Below are positions 51,670 through 62,361 of a DNA stretch of 64,000 bases, in pieces (positions within the stretch are counted from its first letter, which is position 1; each line of letters opens with the position of its first letter). The notes beneath the pieces were generated by a model. That model did no database searches. It was not told the DNA's origin and saw nothing but the letters and a program-made list of their open reading frames with translations. This DNA is from Comamonadaceae bacterium (GTDB taxonomy: Bacteria; Pseudomonadota; Gammaproteobacteria; Burkholderiales; Burkholderiaceae_C), in assembly GCA_947450645.1 (NCBI GenBank), contig CANFWH010000008.1, positions 689 to 64,688 on the forward strand, given 5' to 3'. Made by a program: the position numbers and the translations under genes.

Positions 51670-52251
51670 ATGCAAAGCCTCACCGCTCTGATCGAGGCCT
51701 TGCGCGTGTTGCCTGGCGTGGGCGAAAAGTCCGCCAGCCGCATGGCATTTCACTTGCTCCAGCGTGACCGAGGCGGCGCGATGCGCTTGTCGCAAGCGTT
51801 ATCTGGTGCGGTCTCGCAGGCGATGCACTGCACACGTTGCAACACATTTAGTGATGCGCCCGTGTGCGTGACCTGCGTGGACGAGTCTCGCGATAGCTCG
51901 AAACTCTGCGTGATTGAAACACCAGCCGATCAATCGGCTTTGGAACGTAGCGCTGCTTACAAGGGCTACTATTTTGTGTTGATGGGGCACTTGAATCCAC
52001 TGGACGGCGTGGGTGTGGCGCAATTGAATGTCCAAGCGCTACTCAAACGTGCAACGGATAACGTCGTGAATGAAGTGATTTTGGCAACCAACTTTACGGC
52101 TGAAGGTGAAGCGACAGCGCATTTAATTTCGCAAACATTGAAGGCCAAAGGTATTGCCGTGACGCGCTTGGCAAGGGGCATTCCAGCGGGCAGTGAATTA
52201 GAGTACGTGGATTTAGGTACGATTGCCTATGCTCTAAGTGACAGACGCTAG
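51670..52251 (+). CDS. recR: Recombination protein RecR
   Basis: 193 aa. HhH N-terminus ([17 protein letters not shown]), a C4 zinc finger (CTRC...C..C), and a Toprim domain. Confidence 0.95.
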   Translation: MQSLTALIEALRVLPGVGEKSASRMAFHLLQRDRGGAMRLSQALSGAVSQAMHCTRCNTFSDAPVCVTCVDESRDSSKLCVIETPADQSALERSAAYKGYYFVLMGHLNPLDGVGVAQLNVQALLKRATDNVVNEVILATNFTAEGEATAHLISQTLKAKGIAVTRLARGIPAGSELEYVDLGTIAYALSDRR

Positions 52252-52277
52252 GGTTGAATAAGATAGGAGATCCAATC

Positions 52278-52613
52278 ATGCAACACTTTACCATTGCCTA
52301 CGGCTGTGTTTTATTGATGGCCATCTTGCCCATTATTTGCGCAGGTCTGGCTAAGATTAATGGGCTTGCCACGACGGCCAGTGCCGCGCAGACTCATACA
52401 TTCGAAGCTCTGCCGTTCTTTTTTGCGGCGGTAATCATTGCGCATTTGCTAGGCGCTATTCAGATACGCTTAGATATTTTGTCGCTGATTTTTGTACTCT
52501 TGCGGGTGCTTTACGTCATGCTTTATATGGCAGGCGTTGCTGGTTTACGCAGCATTATTTGGACGGCGGCATTCGCCGTCAATATCGCGATATTATTTTT
52601 AGGTTTCCGCTAA
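52278..52613 (+). CDS. MAPEG family membrane protein (short form)
   Basis: 111 aa from ATG 52278, preceded by AGGAGA. It resembles bacterial MAPEG proteins (FEALPFFFAAVIIAH ... LRVLYVMLY). The loop after TM1 looks about 20 aa shorter than I remember for the family. Confidence 0.6.
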   Translation: MQHFTIAYGCVLLMAILPIICAGLAKINGLATTASAAQTHTFEALPFFFAAVIIAHLLGAIQIRLDILSLIFVLLRVLYVMLYMAGVAGLRSIIWTAAFAVNIAILFLGFR

Positions 52614-52619
52614 CGCCAT

Positions 52620-53324
52620 TCATCGTTTCTCGTACTGCGTTTTGCCAAACAAAACATCACGCGTCTTGTCATCTGTCAGCGGCTTGCGTAAATCAGCCAG
52701 CACCGTACAGCCACGCTGAACAGCAGGACGTGCGGCCATCTTGTCGAACCAAATTTTGAGTGTTGGGTAGTCTGCCCAATCAATGCCTTGGTTTTGCCAC
52801 GAGCGCAGCCACGGAAAGATCGCGATATCCGCAATTGAATACGTTTTGCCGCCCATGAATGGCGACGTTTGCAGACGCTTGTCCATCACGCCGTAGAGGC
52901 GTTTCGCTTCATTGGTATAGCGGTTGATGGCGTATTCAATTTTCTCAGGCGCATAAAGGCGAAAGTGATGCGCTTGACCCAGCATCGGACCCACACCACC
53001 CATTTGGAACATCAGCCACTCGAGCACTTCAAATTTGGCGCGATCACTCTTGGGTAAAAACTTGCCCGTTTTGCTTGCCAAATACAGCAAGATCGCGCCC
53101 GACTCCATCAAGTGAATCGGCTTGCCATCCGGGCCGTTCGGGTCAACCAACGCGGGGATTTTGTTGTTCGGGCTAATCTTTAAAAATTCAGGCGAAAATT
53201 GGTCGCCTTTGCCAATGTTGATCGGGTGAGCTTGCCAATCGCGCCCGAGTTTGAAACCGCATTCCTCGAGCATGATGTGGACTTTGTGTCCGTTGGGGGT
53301 AGGCCAAGAGTAGACGTCGATCAT
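52620..53324 (-). CDS. yfcG: Glutathione S-transferase, Nu class (YfcG-like disulfide-bond oxidoreductase)
   Basis: MIDVYSWPTPNGHKVHIMLEE aligns with the E. coli YfcG N-terminus (MIDLYFAPTPNGHKITLFLEE). ISPNNKIPA and GGVGPMLGQ.HHF are also present. I prefer the ATG at 53324 (GGAG 6 nt upstream) over the TTG at 53336. Confidence 0.85.
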   Translation of the reverse strand: MIDVYSWPTPNGHKVHIMLEECGFKLGRDWQAHPINIGKGDQFSPEFLKISPNNKIPALVDPNGPDGKPIHLMESGAILLYLASKTGKFLPKSDRAKFEVLEWLMFQMGGVGPMLGQAHHFRLYAPEKIEYAINRYTNEAKRLYGVMDKRLQTSPFMGGKTYSIADIAIFPWLRSWQNQGIDWADYPTLKIWFDKMAARPAVQRGCTVLADLRKPLTDDKTRDVLFGKTQYEKR

Positions 53325-53357
53325 GAAGTGCTCCAATAAAAATCTGATTGTGTGTGA

Positions 53358-55919
53358 TTAACTCTGCAATGCCGCCAGCAAATCAGTCTCAAGTGACAAG
53401 ATGCCTTTAGGGCTTTGAAAGACTCCGCCATTCACCACAAAACTGTCCTCAATGCGCTCGCCTAGCGTCGTAATTTTGGCAAGCTGCAAATTCACTTCGT
53501 GCTGCGCGAGTACTCTGGCGACGGCGTACAACAAGCCAACGCGGTCGGCTGCGGAGACGTTCAAAATCCAACGTTGACCTTTTTCGTCGGGATGTAATTC
53601 GACGTGCGGCTGAATTGGGAAACTCTTCACGCGCCTTGACTGGCGTGCTTTGGGGGCATTTTCTAATGGGGTGAGCGCGGTTAAGTGGGCTGCTAATTCG
53701 AACTCGATTTGTTTAACAAGCTCGGTGTTTTGATCGGCGTCTAAACCGACGGCGGTCACTTGAAAGCTATCCAGCGCATGGCCATTGTTCGTTGTGTGAA
53801 TCTTGGCATCCCAAATGCTGAAGTTGTGGCGCTCGAAATAGCCGCAAATTCGCGCAAATAAATCAGGTATGTCGGGCGTGTAAATCAGCACCTGCAAGCC
53901 TTCGCCGATAGGCGAAAGCCGTGCACGAACAATAGGGGTCGTGCTGCCCACGTGTGGCATCAAGAGCCTTGTGTGCCAAGCGACATCGCTAGCAGCTTGA
54001 CGCATAAAGTAACTAACATCCAGCGTCTTCCAGAGTGGCTGTGCTGATGCAGCTTGCAGACCGTACAAAGCCAATGCCTCAGAGGCCTTACGCTGCGTGC
54101 TCTCAACCAGGGATGATGCATCCGATGCCCGTCCACCAAGGACGCGCGTGGTATAGCGATAGAGGTCCTCTAATAGCTTGGCCTTCCACGCATTCCATAC
54201 CTTGGGCGAAGTGCCTCTGATGTCGGCCACGGTGAGCAAATACAGCGCTGTCAAATAGCGTTGACTACCAACGCGCTTGGCAAACGCAGCAATTACATCA
54301 GGATCGGACAGATCTTGCTTTTGCGCGATCTGGCTCATGGTGAGATGCTCTTTGACCAAGAACGCGATCAAGTTCGCGTCCTCTAACGCCACGCCGTGCT
54401 GTTTGCAAAACAAATGAGCTTCGGCAATGCCCAGCTCGGAGTGATCACCGCCGCGACCTTTCGCGATGTCGTGGAAGAGTGCCGCAATGTACAAAATCCA
54501 AGGCTTGTCCCAGCCACCCGCGAGTTGCGAGCAAAACGGATACTCGTGCGCGTGGTCAGCAATAAAAAATCGGCGTACATTTCTGAGCACCATCAAGATG
54601 TGTTGATCGACCGTATAGACATGAAACAAGTCGTGCTGCATTTGCCCAACGATGCGCCGAAACACCCACAGATAGCGACCGAGCACCGAAGTCTGATTCA
54701 GTAGCCGCATGGTGTGCGTCAGGCCTTCGCCTGTATGCATGATGGCCAAAAATGTGGCGCGATTAGCGGGGTCACGTCTGAACGTCGCATTCATCAGCCC
54801 ACGCGCGTTGTAGAGCGCGCGCAAGGTGCGAGCCGATAAACCATTGACGCCGGCTGTCTTTTGAAAGACATGGAAAGTTTGCAAAATCGCCTGTGGACGG
54901 CGCTCGTACAAATCGTCACTGTCAATATCGAGCAGCCCATTTTTATCAAAAAAATCATCCGTCAGTTGGATGGGCGCAACGCCGCTAGGGTTTAAACGCT
55001 CATTGATGTTGAGTAGCAAAATTTGATTGAGTTGCACGACCGCTTTGGCAGCCCAGTAATAGTCGTGCATCAGCGCTTCGCTGTTTTTACGCGAGGACTC
55101 CAGCTCAAATCCTATGCTGAGTGCCACCTGCGTTTGCAGATCAAAAACTAATCTATCTTCACGCCGTTTGGCAATGATGTGTAGGCGTGTGCGAATGTTA
55201 GATAGCACAGCCTCGTTACGCCGTAGTTGCTTGGCTTCAAACGGTGTGGCGAGTCCATGGGTTGCCAGCTCATCCCATGTACCGCCATAGCCAGCGGCCT
55301 TTGCCAGCCACAAAATGATGTGCAGATCGCGCAGACCACCGGGTGATTCTTTGCAGTTGGGCTCCAGCGAGTAGGGGGTGTTTTCAAATTTGTTGTAGCG
55401 CTGTGCCATCTCTAGCGTTTTGGCGGTCGCAAAGGCTTTGGGGTCAAGGGCTGCAAAGAAGGCACTCTGGAAAGCCTTGTACAGCTTAGCCTCTGGGCTA
55501 TCTGCCTTGCGAGGTGTCATGCAGCGAGCCTCTAGCAGTGCTGTTTGAATCGTAATGTCTTTTGCTGCTTCAGCAATGCACTCGTCTAAGCGCCGTACTG
55601 ATGAGCCAATTTCCAACCCCGCATCCCAGCACAGCCCCACAAAAGATTCGATTTTTGATTTCAGATCAACGTCAGATTCCAAATTGACATCGTTTGGCAG
55701 CAACACCAAAACATCGACATCAGAATAGGGAAATAGCTCACCACGTCCATAGCCGCCAACAGCGACTAAGCAAAATTTTTCAAAGGACGCTAAACCTGAT
55801 GCCGTCCAAATGTGAGTCAACGTTTGGTCGGTCAATTTGGATAACTCGCGCAGCAGTTTGCGAGTCGTCATCTGCTCGTGTTTGGCAAGCAAAGCCTGCT
55901 TCTCTTGGCGGTAGGTCAT
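53358..55919 (-). CDS. glnD: [Protein-PII] uridylyltransferase/uridylyl-removing enzyme GlnD
   Basis: 853 aa. Nucleotidyltransferase domain (GGYGRGELFPYSDVDVLVL), an HD domain, and two C-terminal ACT domains. It has the conserved map-glnD pairing. Confidence 0.95.
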   Translation of the reverse strand: MTYRQEKQALLAKHEQMTTRKLLRELSKLTDQTLTHIWTASGLASFEKFCLVAVGGYGRGELFPYSDVDVLVLLPNDVNLESDVDLKSKIESFVGLCWDAGLEIGSSVRRLDECIAEAAKDITIQTALLEARCMTPRKADSPEAKLYKAFQSAFFAALDPKAFATAKTLEMAQRYNKFENTPYSLEPNCKESPGGLRDLHIILWLAKAAGYGGTWDELATHGLATPFEAKQLRRNEAVLSNIRTRLHIIAKRREDRLVFDLQTQVALSIGFELESSRKNSEALMHDYYWAAKAVVQLNQILLLNINERLNPSGVAPIQLTDDFFDKNGLLDIDSDDLYERRPQAILQTFHVFQKTAGVNGLSARTLRALYNARGLMNATFRRDPANRATFLAIMHTGEGLTHTMRLLNQTSVLGRYLWVFRRIVGQMQHDLFHVYTVDQHILMVLRNVRRFFIADHAHEYPFCSQLAGGWDKPWILYIAALFHDIAKGRGGDHSELGIAEAHLFCKQHGVALEDANLIAFLVKEHLTMSQIAQKQDLSDPDVIAAFAKRVGSQRYLTALYLLTVADIRGTSPKVWNAWKAKLLEDLYRYTTRVLGGRASDASSLVESTQRKASEALALYGLQAASAQPLWKTLDVSYFMRQAASDVAWHTRLLMPHVGSTTPIVRARLSPIGEGLQVLIYTPDIPDLFARICGYFERHNFSIWDAKIHTTNNGHALDSFQVTAVGLDADQNTELVKQIEFELAAHLTALTPLENAPKARQSRRVKSFPIQPHVELHPDEKGQRWILNVSAADRVGLLYAVARVLAQHEVNLQLAKITTLGERIEDSFVVNGGVFQSPKGILSLETDLLAALQS

Positions 55920-55921
55920 CT

Positions 55922-56734
55922 CTACGTTTTGGTCGATGTGATGAAGGCGGGTAGGGCAGGATAGCCTTCCGACAGCGTCAGCACTTCAAACCCGGTCTCA
56001 GTCACCAGCACGGTGTGCTCCCACTGCGCGGAGAGCGAGCGGTCTTTGGTGACCACGCCCCAGCCGTCGGGCAAGCCTTTGGTTTCTTTGCGGCCTGCGT
56101 TAATCATCGGCTCGACGGTAATCGTCATGCCAGGCACCAAAATCGTTTTGGCTTCGGGGCTGGCGAAATGCAAAATTTGCGGTTCTTCATGGAAGTTGCG
56201 CCCAATGCCGTGTCCACAATAGTCGCGCACGACGGAGCAGCCTTGCGCCTCGGTAAATTTTTGAATCGCGCGGCCAATTTCCAAAATCGGAATGTTGGGG
56301 CCAACCTTTGAAATGCCATGCCACATGGCGTCGTAAGTCAAAGCACAGAGGCGTTTGGCTGCAATCGAGGTCTCGCCAATCAAAAACATGCGGCTCGTGT
56401 CGCCATGCCATCCATCTTTGATGATGGTCACATCAATGTTAATGATGTCGCCTTTGCGTAGCGGCTTATCGTTAGGGATGCCGTGGCACACCATGTTGTT
56501 GATCGATGTGCAAATTGATTTTGGGTAAGGATTGTCCCCGCTAGGGTTATAGTGAAGCGGTGCAGGAATCGACTTGATGTCTTGTGTGATGAAGTCGAAA
56601 GCCAGTTTGTCGAGATGATTGGTTGTCTTGTTCTCTTTAACAAAAGGCGTGAGGTAATCCAAAACCTGAGAGGCCAAGCGTCCAGCGACACGCATACCTT
56701 CGATTTCTTCTTTGTTTTTTATGGTGATGGGCAT
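55922..56734 (-). CDS. map: Type I methionine aminopeptidase
   Basis: 270 aa. CHGIP ... DIINIDVT ... GHGIG ... EPM ... WEHTVLVT metal-ligand pattern. Confidence 0.95.
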   Translation of the reverse strand: MPITIKNKEEIEGMRVAGRLASQVLDYLTPFVKENKTTNHLDKLAFDFITQDIKSIPAPLHYNPSGDNPYPKSICTSINNMVCHGIPNDKPLRKGDIINIDVTIIKDGWHGDTSRMFLIGETSIAAKRLCALTYDAMWHGISKVGPNIPILEIGRAIQKFTEAQGCSVVRDYCGHGIGRNFHEEPQILHFASPEAKTILVPGMTITVEPMINAGRKETKGLPDGWGVVTKDRSLSAQWEHTVLVTETGFEVLTLSEGYPALPAFITSTKT

Positions 56735-56773
56735 AGGGAGTGATTATAAATTTAGCCCGAGCTGGCGCACAAG

Positions 56774-57244
56774 TTAATTCACATTAACCAATCGCGTACC
56801 AGCCAATCTGTCGTGCAAAAATTGTGTGCTTGGATGAGTCCATGCCAGCAAAATGTACAAAAAGATCCAGCCTAAAAATACAGCACTGAGGTTTTCTTTG
56901 GTTAATTGCATGAATGAAAGCGCAACTAGCGCAGGCGCAAACCATAGCCATGACAATACATATCGCACTGCTGCAAGCCTTATGGATATTGGCTTTCCAG
57001 CCATATCAGTTATTTTGATGCGCCATGTCTTCATGGCAAGCGTTTGGCCTTTCGACCAAAACCAACTGAAATAAATACCGATCACGACAAACAAAACAAG
57101 GCTAAGCGCGAGGTGATGTGTGAATGCGTTGGTACTATTAGTAGCAACGCTAAAAATCAATCCGGTGAGAGCGCTAAGGGCAAAGAGGAGTAGCCCTTCG
57201 TAAACCCAAGCCGCCATGCGTTTGACCAAGCTGGCAGAGGTCAT
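56774..57244 (-). CDS. RDD family membrane protein
   Basis: 156 aa with 3 TM segments and the RDD-type layout (KR.AAW.YEG ... GQTLAMK.W.I ... HDRLAGT). Confidence 0.75.
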   Translation of the reverse strand: MTSASLVKRMAAWVYEGLLLFALSALTGLIFSVATNSTNAFTHHLALSLVLFVVIGIYFSWFWSKGQTLAMKTWRIKITDMAGKPISIRLAAVRYVLSWLWFAPALVALSFMQLTKENLSAVFLGWIFLYILLAWTHPSTQFLHDRLAGTRLVNVN

Positions 57245-57828
57245 TTTTCGGTAGGCACTGGCGTTGTGACTAAGGCTGCAGGAATGGGTGTGGCGTAGGG
57301 CTTGCCAGGAAAGACTTTGTTTTGTGGCCTAGCCGCAAGCGCTGCACTATTGGGCGTGTTCGCTTTTGCCTTGGCTTGTAATTCCGCTTTTTCTTCTACG
57401 CTGAGCGCTTGATACGCTTCCCATTTCTTCTGCTTCTCTTCGGGAGTGAGTGTTTTGGCTGCGGAAAAATTGAGCCGCGCCATTGCACGTTCTTCAGGCG
57501 AGAGTCGTACCCAATCGGTCATACGTGTATGGAGTTTGCTTTGATCGACAGCACTTAATCTGCTGTAATTTTTAGAAACTTCCAACCATTTTCGTTTTTG
57601 CACTTCACTCATTTTGAGCCATTCGGTTTGAAGTGGCGCCAGTGCGGCTTGCTGTTCGGTTTTGAGCTCACCCCATAAAGGCTTGGTGATTTTCGATGGC
57701 TTTACAGCTTTGGTATGCGAGGTGCTTGGGTTGACGAGCGGTATTGGTGTGCTCACGCCTTGAGCACTAACGAACACACTGATCGAACAGAGCGTGAGGC
57801 TATAGATGATTCGAGCCGCAAGCGCCAT
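57241..57828 (-). CDS. DUF3106 domain-containing secreted protein
   Basis: 195 aa with a signal peptide and repeated W-x-x-L/S-P-E-E-K/R helical motifs (WLKMSEVQKRKW, WVRLSPEERAMARLNF, LTPEEKQKKWEAYQALSVEEKAEL). It overlaps the RDD gene start by 4 nt. Confidence 0.7.
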   Translation of the reverse strand: MALAARIIYSLTLCSISVFVSAQGVSTPIPLVNPSTSHTKAVKPSKITKPLWGELKTEQQAALAPLQTEWLKMSEVQKRKWLEVSKNYSRLSAVDQSKLHTRMTDWVRLSPEERAMARLNFSAAKTLTPEEKQKKWEAYQALSVEEKAELQAKAKANTPNSAALAARPQNKVFPGKPYATPIPAALVTTPVPTEK

Positions 57829-57831
57829 TGA

Positions 57832-58251
57832 TTAGCGCTCCGCTTGCAGTTTTAAAAATTGTCCAAAGCCTTGGTCGGCGTAGGCAGCAGGAGGTAAATC
57901 GTCGGTGAGCAAGGCAGCATCTACATCGGCCACTTCTTGGGCACGGTAATCATTTTGGAGTTGGTTGATTGCAAATAGGCCAATCACCAAAGCAATCAAA
58001 GGCACGATCATGCCGAGCTTGTTGAATAGGTTGAAATTGCCGCCGCTAAGGGCGAATGATCCACCCGCCTGCGGTGCGAGATTCCAAGCCGTTTGTAGAG
58101 GGGTTGTTTTTTGTGCGGCTAGTGCACGTTCGCGCGCAAAACGTAGTCGCTCTGCGATGTCCAGTGATGTGGTCTGCACGGTCGTATCTAAGCGTCGAAT
58201 CAAGCTTTTAGCGAATTGGTCTTGTGTAATAAATGTAGTTGCGTGTGTCAT
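57832..58251 (-). CDS. DUF3619 family protein (single-pass membrane protein, candidate anti-sigma factor)
   Basis: 139 aa with one TM segment (MIVPLIALVIGLFAINQL). It overlaps the stop of the ECF sigma gene by 4 nt, the usual anti-sigma position. Confidence 0.65.
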   Translation of the reverse strand: MTHATTFITQDQFAKSLIRRLDTTVQTTSLDIAERLRFARERALAAQKTTPLQTAWNLAPQAGGSFALSGGNFNLFNKLGMIVPLIALVIGLFAINQLQNDYRAQEVADVDAALLTDDLPPAAYADQGFGQFLKLQAER

Positions 58252-58814
58252 AGCTTGATCCCTTTCTCTTTAAGCGATTTGCCCAAAGCTTGGCATGCGC
58301 GGGAGCAATGAGTTTTGACACTGCCCTCGGTACATCCCATAGCCGCAGCAGTCTCTGCCACGTCCATCTCCTCCCAATAACGCAAAAGGAAGGCTTCGCG
58401 TTGACGTGCTGGGAGACTTTCGATTTCTTTTTCTAATAATTTGAGTGTTTCTTTACGGCCAAGGGTGGTCTCGGCACTTTCATGCTGCTCGGATGTGTCT
58501 AAAACCTCTAAGGTTTCCAAAATGTCAGATTCTTCGTCTTCCAGCCCAGAACCAAAATCGCTGAAATTGCTAAAAACGGCACGGTCTTTCTTTTGCGTTC
58601 GAAACCAATCGAGGGTGGTGTTCGACAAAATTCGAGCGAACAGCAGCGGCAACTCTGCTACCGGCTTATCGCCATAGTGAATGGACAGCTTCATCATGCT
58701 GTCTTGCACAATGTCAAGTGCTGATTCTTCGTTGCGGACGTGATAGACGCTTCGTTTGAAAGCACGTCTTTCGGCCTCTTTGAGGAAATTAGAGAGTTCT
58801 AAGGGAGTGGCCAA
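58248..58814 (-). CDS. ECF-type RNA polymerase sigma-70 family factor
   Basis: 188 aa. Region 2 (ALDIVQDSMMKL ... ILSNTTLDWFR) and region 4 HTH (LPARQREAFLLRYWEEMDVAETAAAMGCTEGSVKTHCSRA). The only in-frame start for this ORF is TTG. Confidence 0.85.
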   Translation of the reverse strand: MATPLELSNFLKEAERRAFKRSVYHVRNEESALDIVQDSMMKLSIHYGDKPVAELPLLFARILSNTTLDWFRTQKKDRAVFSNFSDFGSGLEDEESDILETLEVLDTSEQHESAETTLGRKETLKLLEKEIESLPARQREAFLLRYWEEMDVAETAAAMGCTEGSVKTHCSRACQALGKSLKEKGIKL

Positions 58815-58996
58815 AAGTCAGATTTCAAAAAGGTAAAAAAGGTCTATGCGATAATTGAAAGCTTATCAAACGAATCCTGATCCGATCATCTTATCTTGAT
58901 GTTCCATGTTTTGGATTCTAAGTCGCCAAGTTACTCCACAAGAGTGTACGACGCGGCACCCAAGGTTTTTCAACTGAAATTCACGAAAGGTTGTTC

Positions 58997-60778
58997 ATGG
59001 CAACAAACTCACCCCCTAAAAATTTGAGCAGCGCAAGCCATGCTGGCGAAGAGCTCATGGGTTCTGACATCTTAGTCAAAGCCCTCATCGAAGAAAACGT
59101 CAAGCACATCTGGGGATACCCAGGTGGCGCAGTTTTGTATCTCTACGATGCACTGTATCGCCAAGACAAAATCCAGCACGTGCTAGTGCGTCACGAGCAA
59201 GCTGCCGTGCACGCTGCCGACGGTTACGCACGCGCCACAGGCGATGTGGGCGTTGCGCTGGTCACATCAGGTCCTGGTGTGACGAATGCCATCACAGGCA
59301 TTGCCACCGCATACATGGACAGCATCCCGATGGTCATCATCACGGGCAATGTGCCTACGCACGCGATTGGTTTAGATGCTTTCCAAGAGTGCGATACGGT
59401 TGGCATTACGCGTCCGATCGTGAAGCACAACTTTTTAGTCAAAGATCCGCGCGATTTAGAACTGACGATTAAAAAAGCTTTCCATATTGCGCGCACGGGT
59501 CGCCCAGGCCCTGTGGTGATTGACATTCCTAAAGACGTGTCGTTTAAAAAAGCGACTTACCACGGCTATACGGAAACGGTGGACATGCGTTCGTATCAGC
59601 CTGTCATGAAGGGGCATGCGGGGCAGATCAAAAAAGCCATGCAATTGCTGCTTGGCGCCAAGCGTCCGTACATCTATTCGGGCGGTGGTGCGATTTTGAG
59701 CAACGCCACAGGCGAACTTCGTCATTTGGTGGAAACACTCGGTTACCCCTGCACCAATACCTTGATGGGACTGGGCGCAATTGATGCCAACAATCCGAAG
59801 TTCTTGGGCATGCTCGGTATGCACGGCACGGTGGAAGCTAACAACGCTATGCAAAACTGCGATGTGCTGATTGCTATTGGCGCGCGCTTTGACGACCGCG
59901 TGATTGGCAACCCCAAACACTTTGCACAAAATGAACGCAAGATCATTCACATCGATATCGATCCATCCAGCATTTCTAAGCGCGTCAAGGTCGATGTGCC
60001 TATCGTGGGCGATGTCAAAGACGTGTTGATTGAACTCATGGGCATGATCAAAGAATCGGGCCTCAAGCCCGACGCCGCAGCGCTGGCCGATTGGTGGAAA
60101 ACCATTGAAGGCTGGCGCTCTAAAAATTGCATGAAATATGACAGCGAAAACACGCTTGTTATCAAGCCACAAAAAGTGATTGAAACGCTTTGGAACATGA
60201 CCAAAGACGACGATGTGTACATCACATCCGATGTGGGTCAACACCAAATGTGGGCGGCGCAGTACTACAAGTTCAAAGATCCACGTCGTTGGATCAATTC
60301 AGGTGGCCTTGGCACCATGGGCGTGGGCATCCCTTACGCCATGGGTATCAAATTGGCCAAGCCTGACAGCGAAGTGTTTTGTGTGACGGGCGAAGGTTCG
60401 GTGCAAATGTGTATCCAAGAACTCTCGACCTGCTTGCAATACAAAACGCCGATCAAAATTGTGGCGCTGAACAACCGCTATCTTGGCATGGTGCGTCAGT
60501 GGCAAGAGATCGAGTACTCGGGGCGCTACTCTAGCAGCTACATGGATGCGCTGCCTGACTTTGTCAAGCTGGCCGAGGCTTACGGGCACGTTGGCATTCG
60601 GGTGGAGCGTCCAGAAGACGTGGAGCCCGCGCTACGCGAGGCTCGTCGCCTAAAAGATCGGACGGTGTTTTTAGACATCCAAACTGATCAAACCGAAAAC
60701 GTGTTCCCAATGGTGCAGGCTGGCAAGGGCATCACCGAGATGCTGCTAAGTGCCAATCTTGGCTCGGAGGATCTGTAA
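58997..60778 (+). CDS. ilvI: Acetolactate synthase (AHAS) large/catalytic subunit
   Basis: ThDP enzyme (GYPGGAVLYLYDAL ... GLGTMGVG ... GEGS.QM..QEL). The ATG at 58997 is preceded by GAAAGG. The ORF-track TTG at 58991 adds 2 codons. Confidence 0.95.
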   Translation: MATNSPPKNLSSASHAGEELMGSDILVKALIEENVKHIWGYPGGAVLYLYDALYRQDKIQHVLVRHEQAAVHAADGYARATGDVGVALVTSGPGVTNAITGIATAYMDSIPMVIITGNVPTHAIGLDAFQECDTVGITRPIVKHNFLVKDPRDLELTIKKAFHIARTGRPGPVVIDIPKDVSFKKATYHGYTETVDMRSYQPVMKGHAGQIKKAMQLLLGAKRPYIYSGGGAILSNATGELRHLVETLGYPCTNTLMGLGAIDANNPKFLGMLGMHGTVEANNAMQNCDVLIAIGARFDDRVIGNPKHFAQNERKIIHIDIDPSSISKRVKVDVPIVGDVKDVLIELMGMIKESGLKPDAAALADWWKTIEGWRSKNCMKYDSENTLVIKPQKVIETLWNMTKDDDVYITSDVGQHQMWAAQYYKFKDPRRWINSGGLGTMGVGIPYAMGIKLAKPDSEVFCVTGEGSVQMCIQELSTCLQYKTPIKIVALNNRYLGMVRQWQEIEYSGRYSSSYMDALPDFVKLAEAYGHVGIRVERPEDVEPALREARRLKDRTVFLDIQTDQTENVFPMVQAGKGITEMLLSANLGSEDL

Positions 60779-61272
60779 TGAGAAAACATATCATCGCCGT
60801 TTTATTAGAAAACGAAGCAGGCGCACTGTCTCGCGTGGTCGGTCTTTTCTCTGCTCGCGCTTACAACATCGAAAGCCTGACGGTCGCGCCAACGGAAGAC
60901 CCCACGCTGTCGCGCATGACGATTCAAACCTCGGGCTCAGACGAAGTGATTGAACAAATCACCAAGCACCTGAACCGTTTGATTGAAGTCGTCAAAGTGA
61001 TTAACCTCACCGAAGGCGCGTACACCGAGCGCGAGCTCATGATGGTCAAGGTTCGCGCGGTGGGCAAAGAGCGCGAAGAGATGATGCGTATGGCGGAAAT
61101 TTTCCGTGGCCGCATCATCGACGTGACGGACAAGAGCTACACGATTGAGCTGACTGGCGATCTGATTAAGAACGACGCATTCTTGCAAGCAATCGACAAG
61201 AGCGCAATCTTGGAAACGGTACGCTCGGGCGCATCAGGTATTGGACGGGGCGAGAGAATTCTGAGACTCTAA
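60778..61272 (+). CDS. ilvH: Acetolactate synthase small/regulatory subunit
   Basis: 164 aa ACT-domain protein (HIIAVLLENEAGALSRVVGLFSARAYNIESLTV). It overlaps the large-subunit stop (TAATG). Confidence 0.95.
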   Translation: MRKHIIAVLLENEAGALSRVVGLFSARAYNIESLTVAPTEDPTLSRMTIQTSGSDEVIEQITKHLNRLIEVVKVINLTEGAYTERELMMVKVRAVGKEREEMMRMAEIFRGRIIDVTDKSYTIELTGDLIKNDAFLQAIDKSAILETVRSGASGIGRGERILRL

Positions 61273-61328
61273 TCAGCCCGCTAATTTCAAATTTATTTTT
61301 ACTTTTTTATTTAACTTAACTCAACTAA

Positions 61329-62357
<1,029 letters not shown>

Positions 62358-62361
62358 ATCC

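Noticed and set aside
51120-51795. Two long minus-strand ORFs (173 and 164 aa) across the dnaX-ybaB-recR junction
   Set aside because: They are antisense to three strongly conserved, tightly packed genes, and no independent support was seen.
58815-58996. Search for a Val/Ile/Leu-rich leader peptide or attenuator upstream of ilvI
   Set aside because: The short ORFs in all three frames (for example MR*, MFWILSRQVTPQECTTRHPRFFN*) have no branched-chain codon runs, and no terminator hairpin is present.
59456-60247. 263-aa minus-strand ORF
   Set aside because: It lies entirely inside the well-conserved acetolactate synthase large-subunit gene. Its His/Arg/Phe-rich composition has no motifs.
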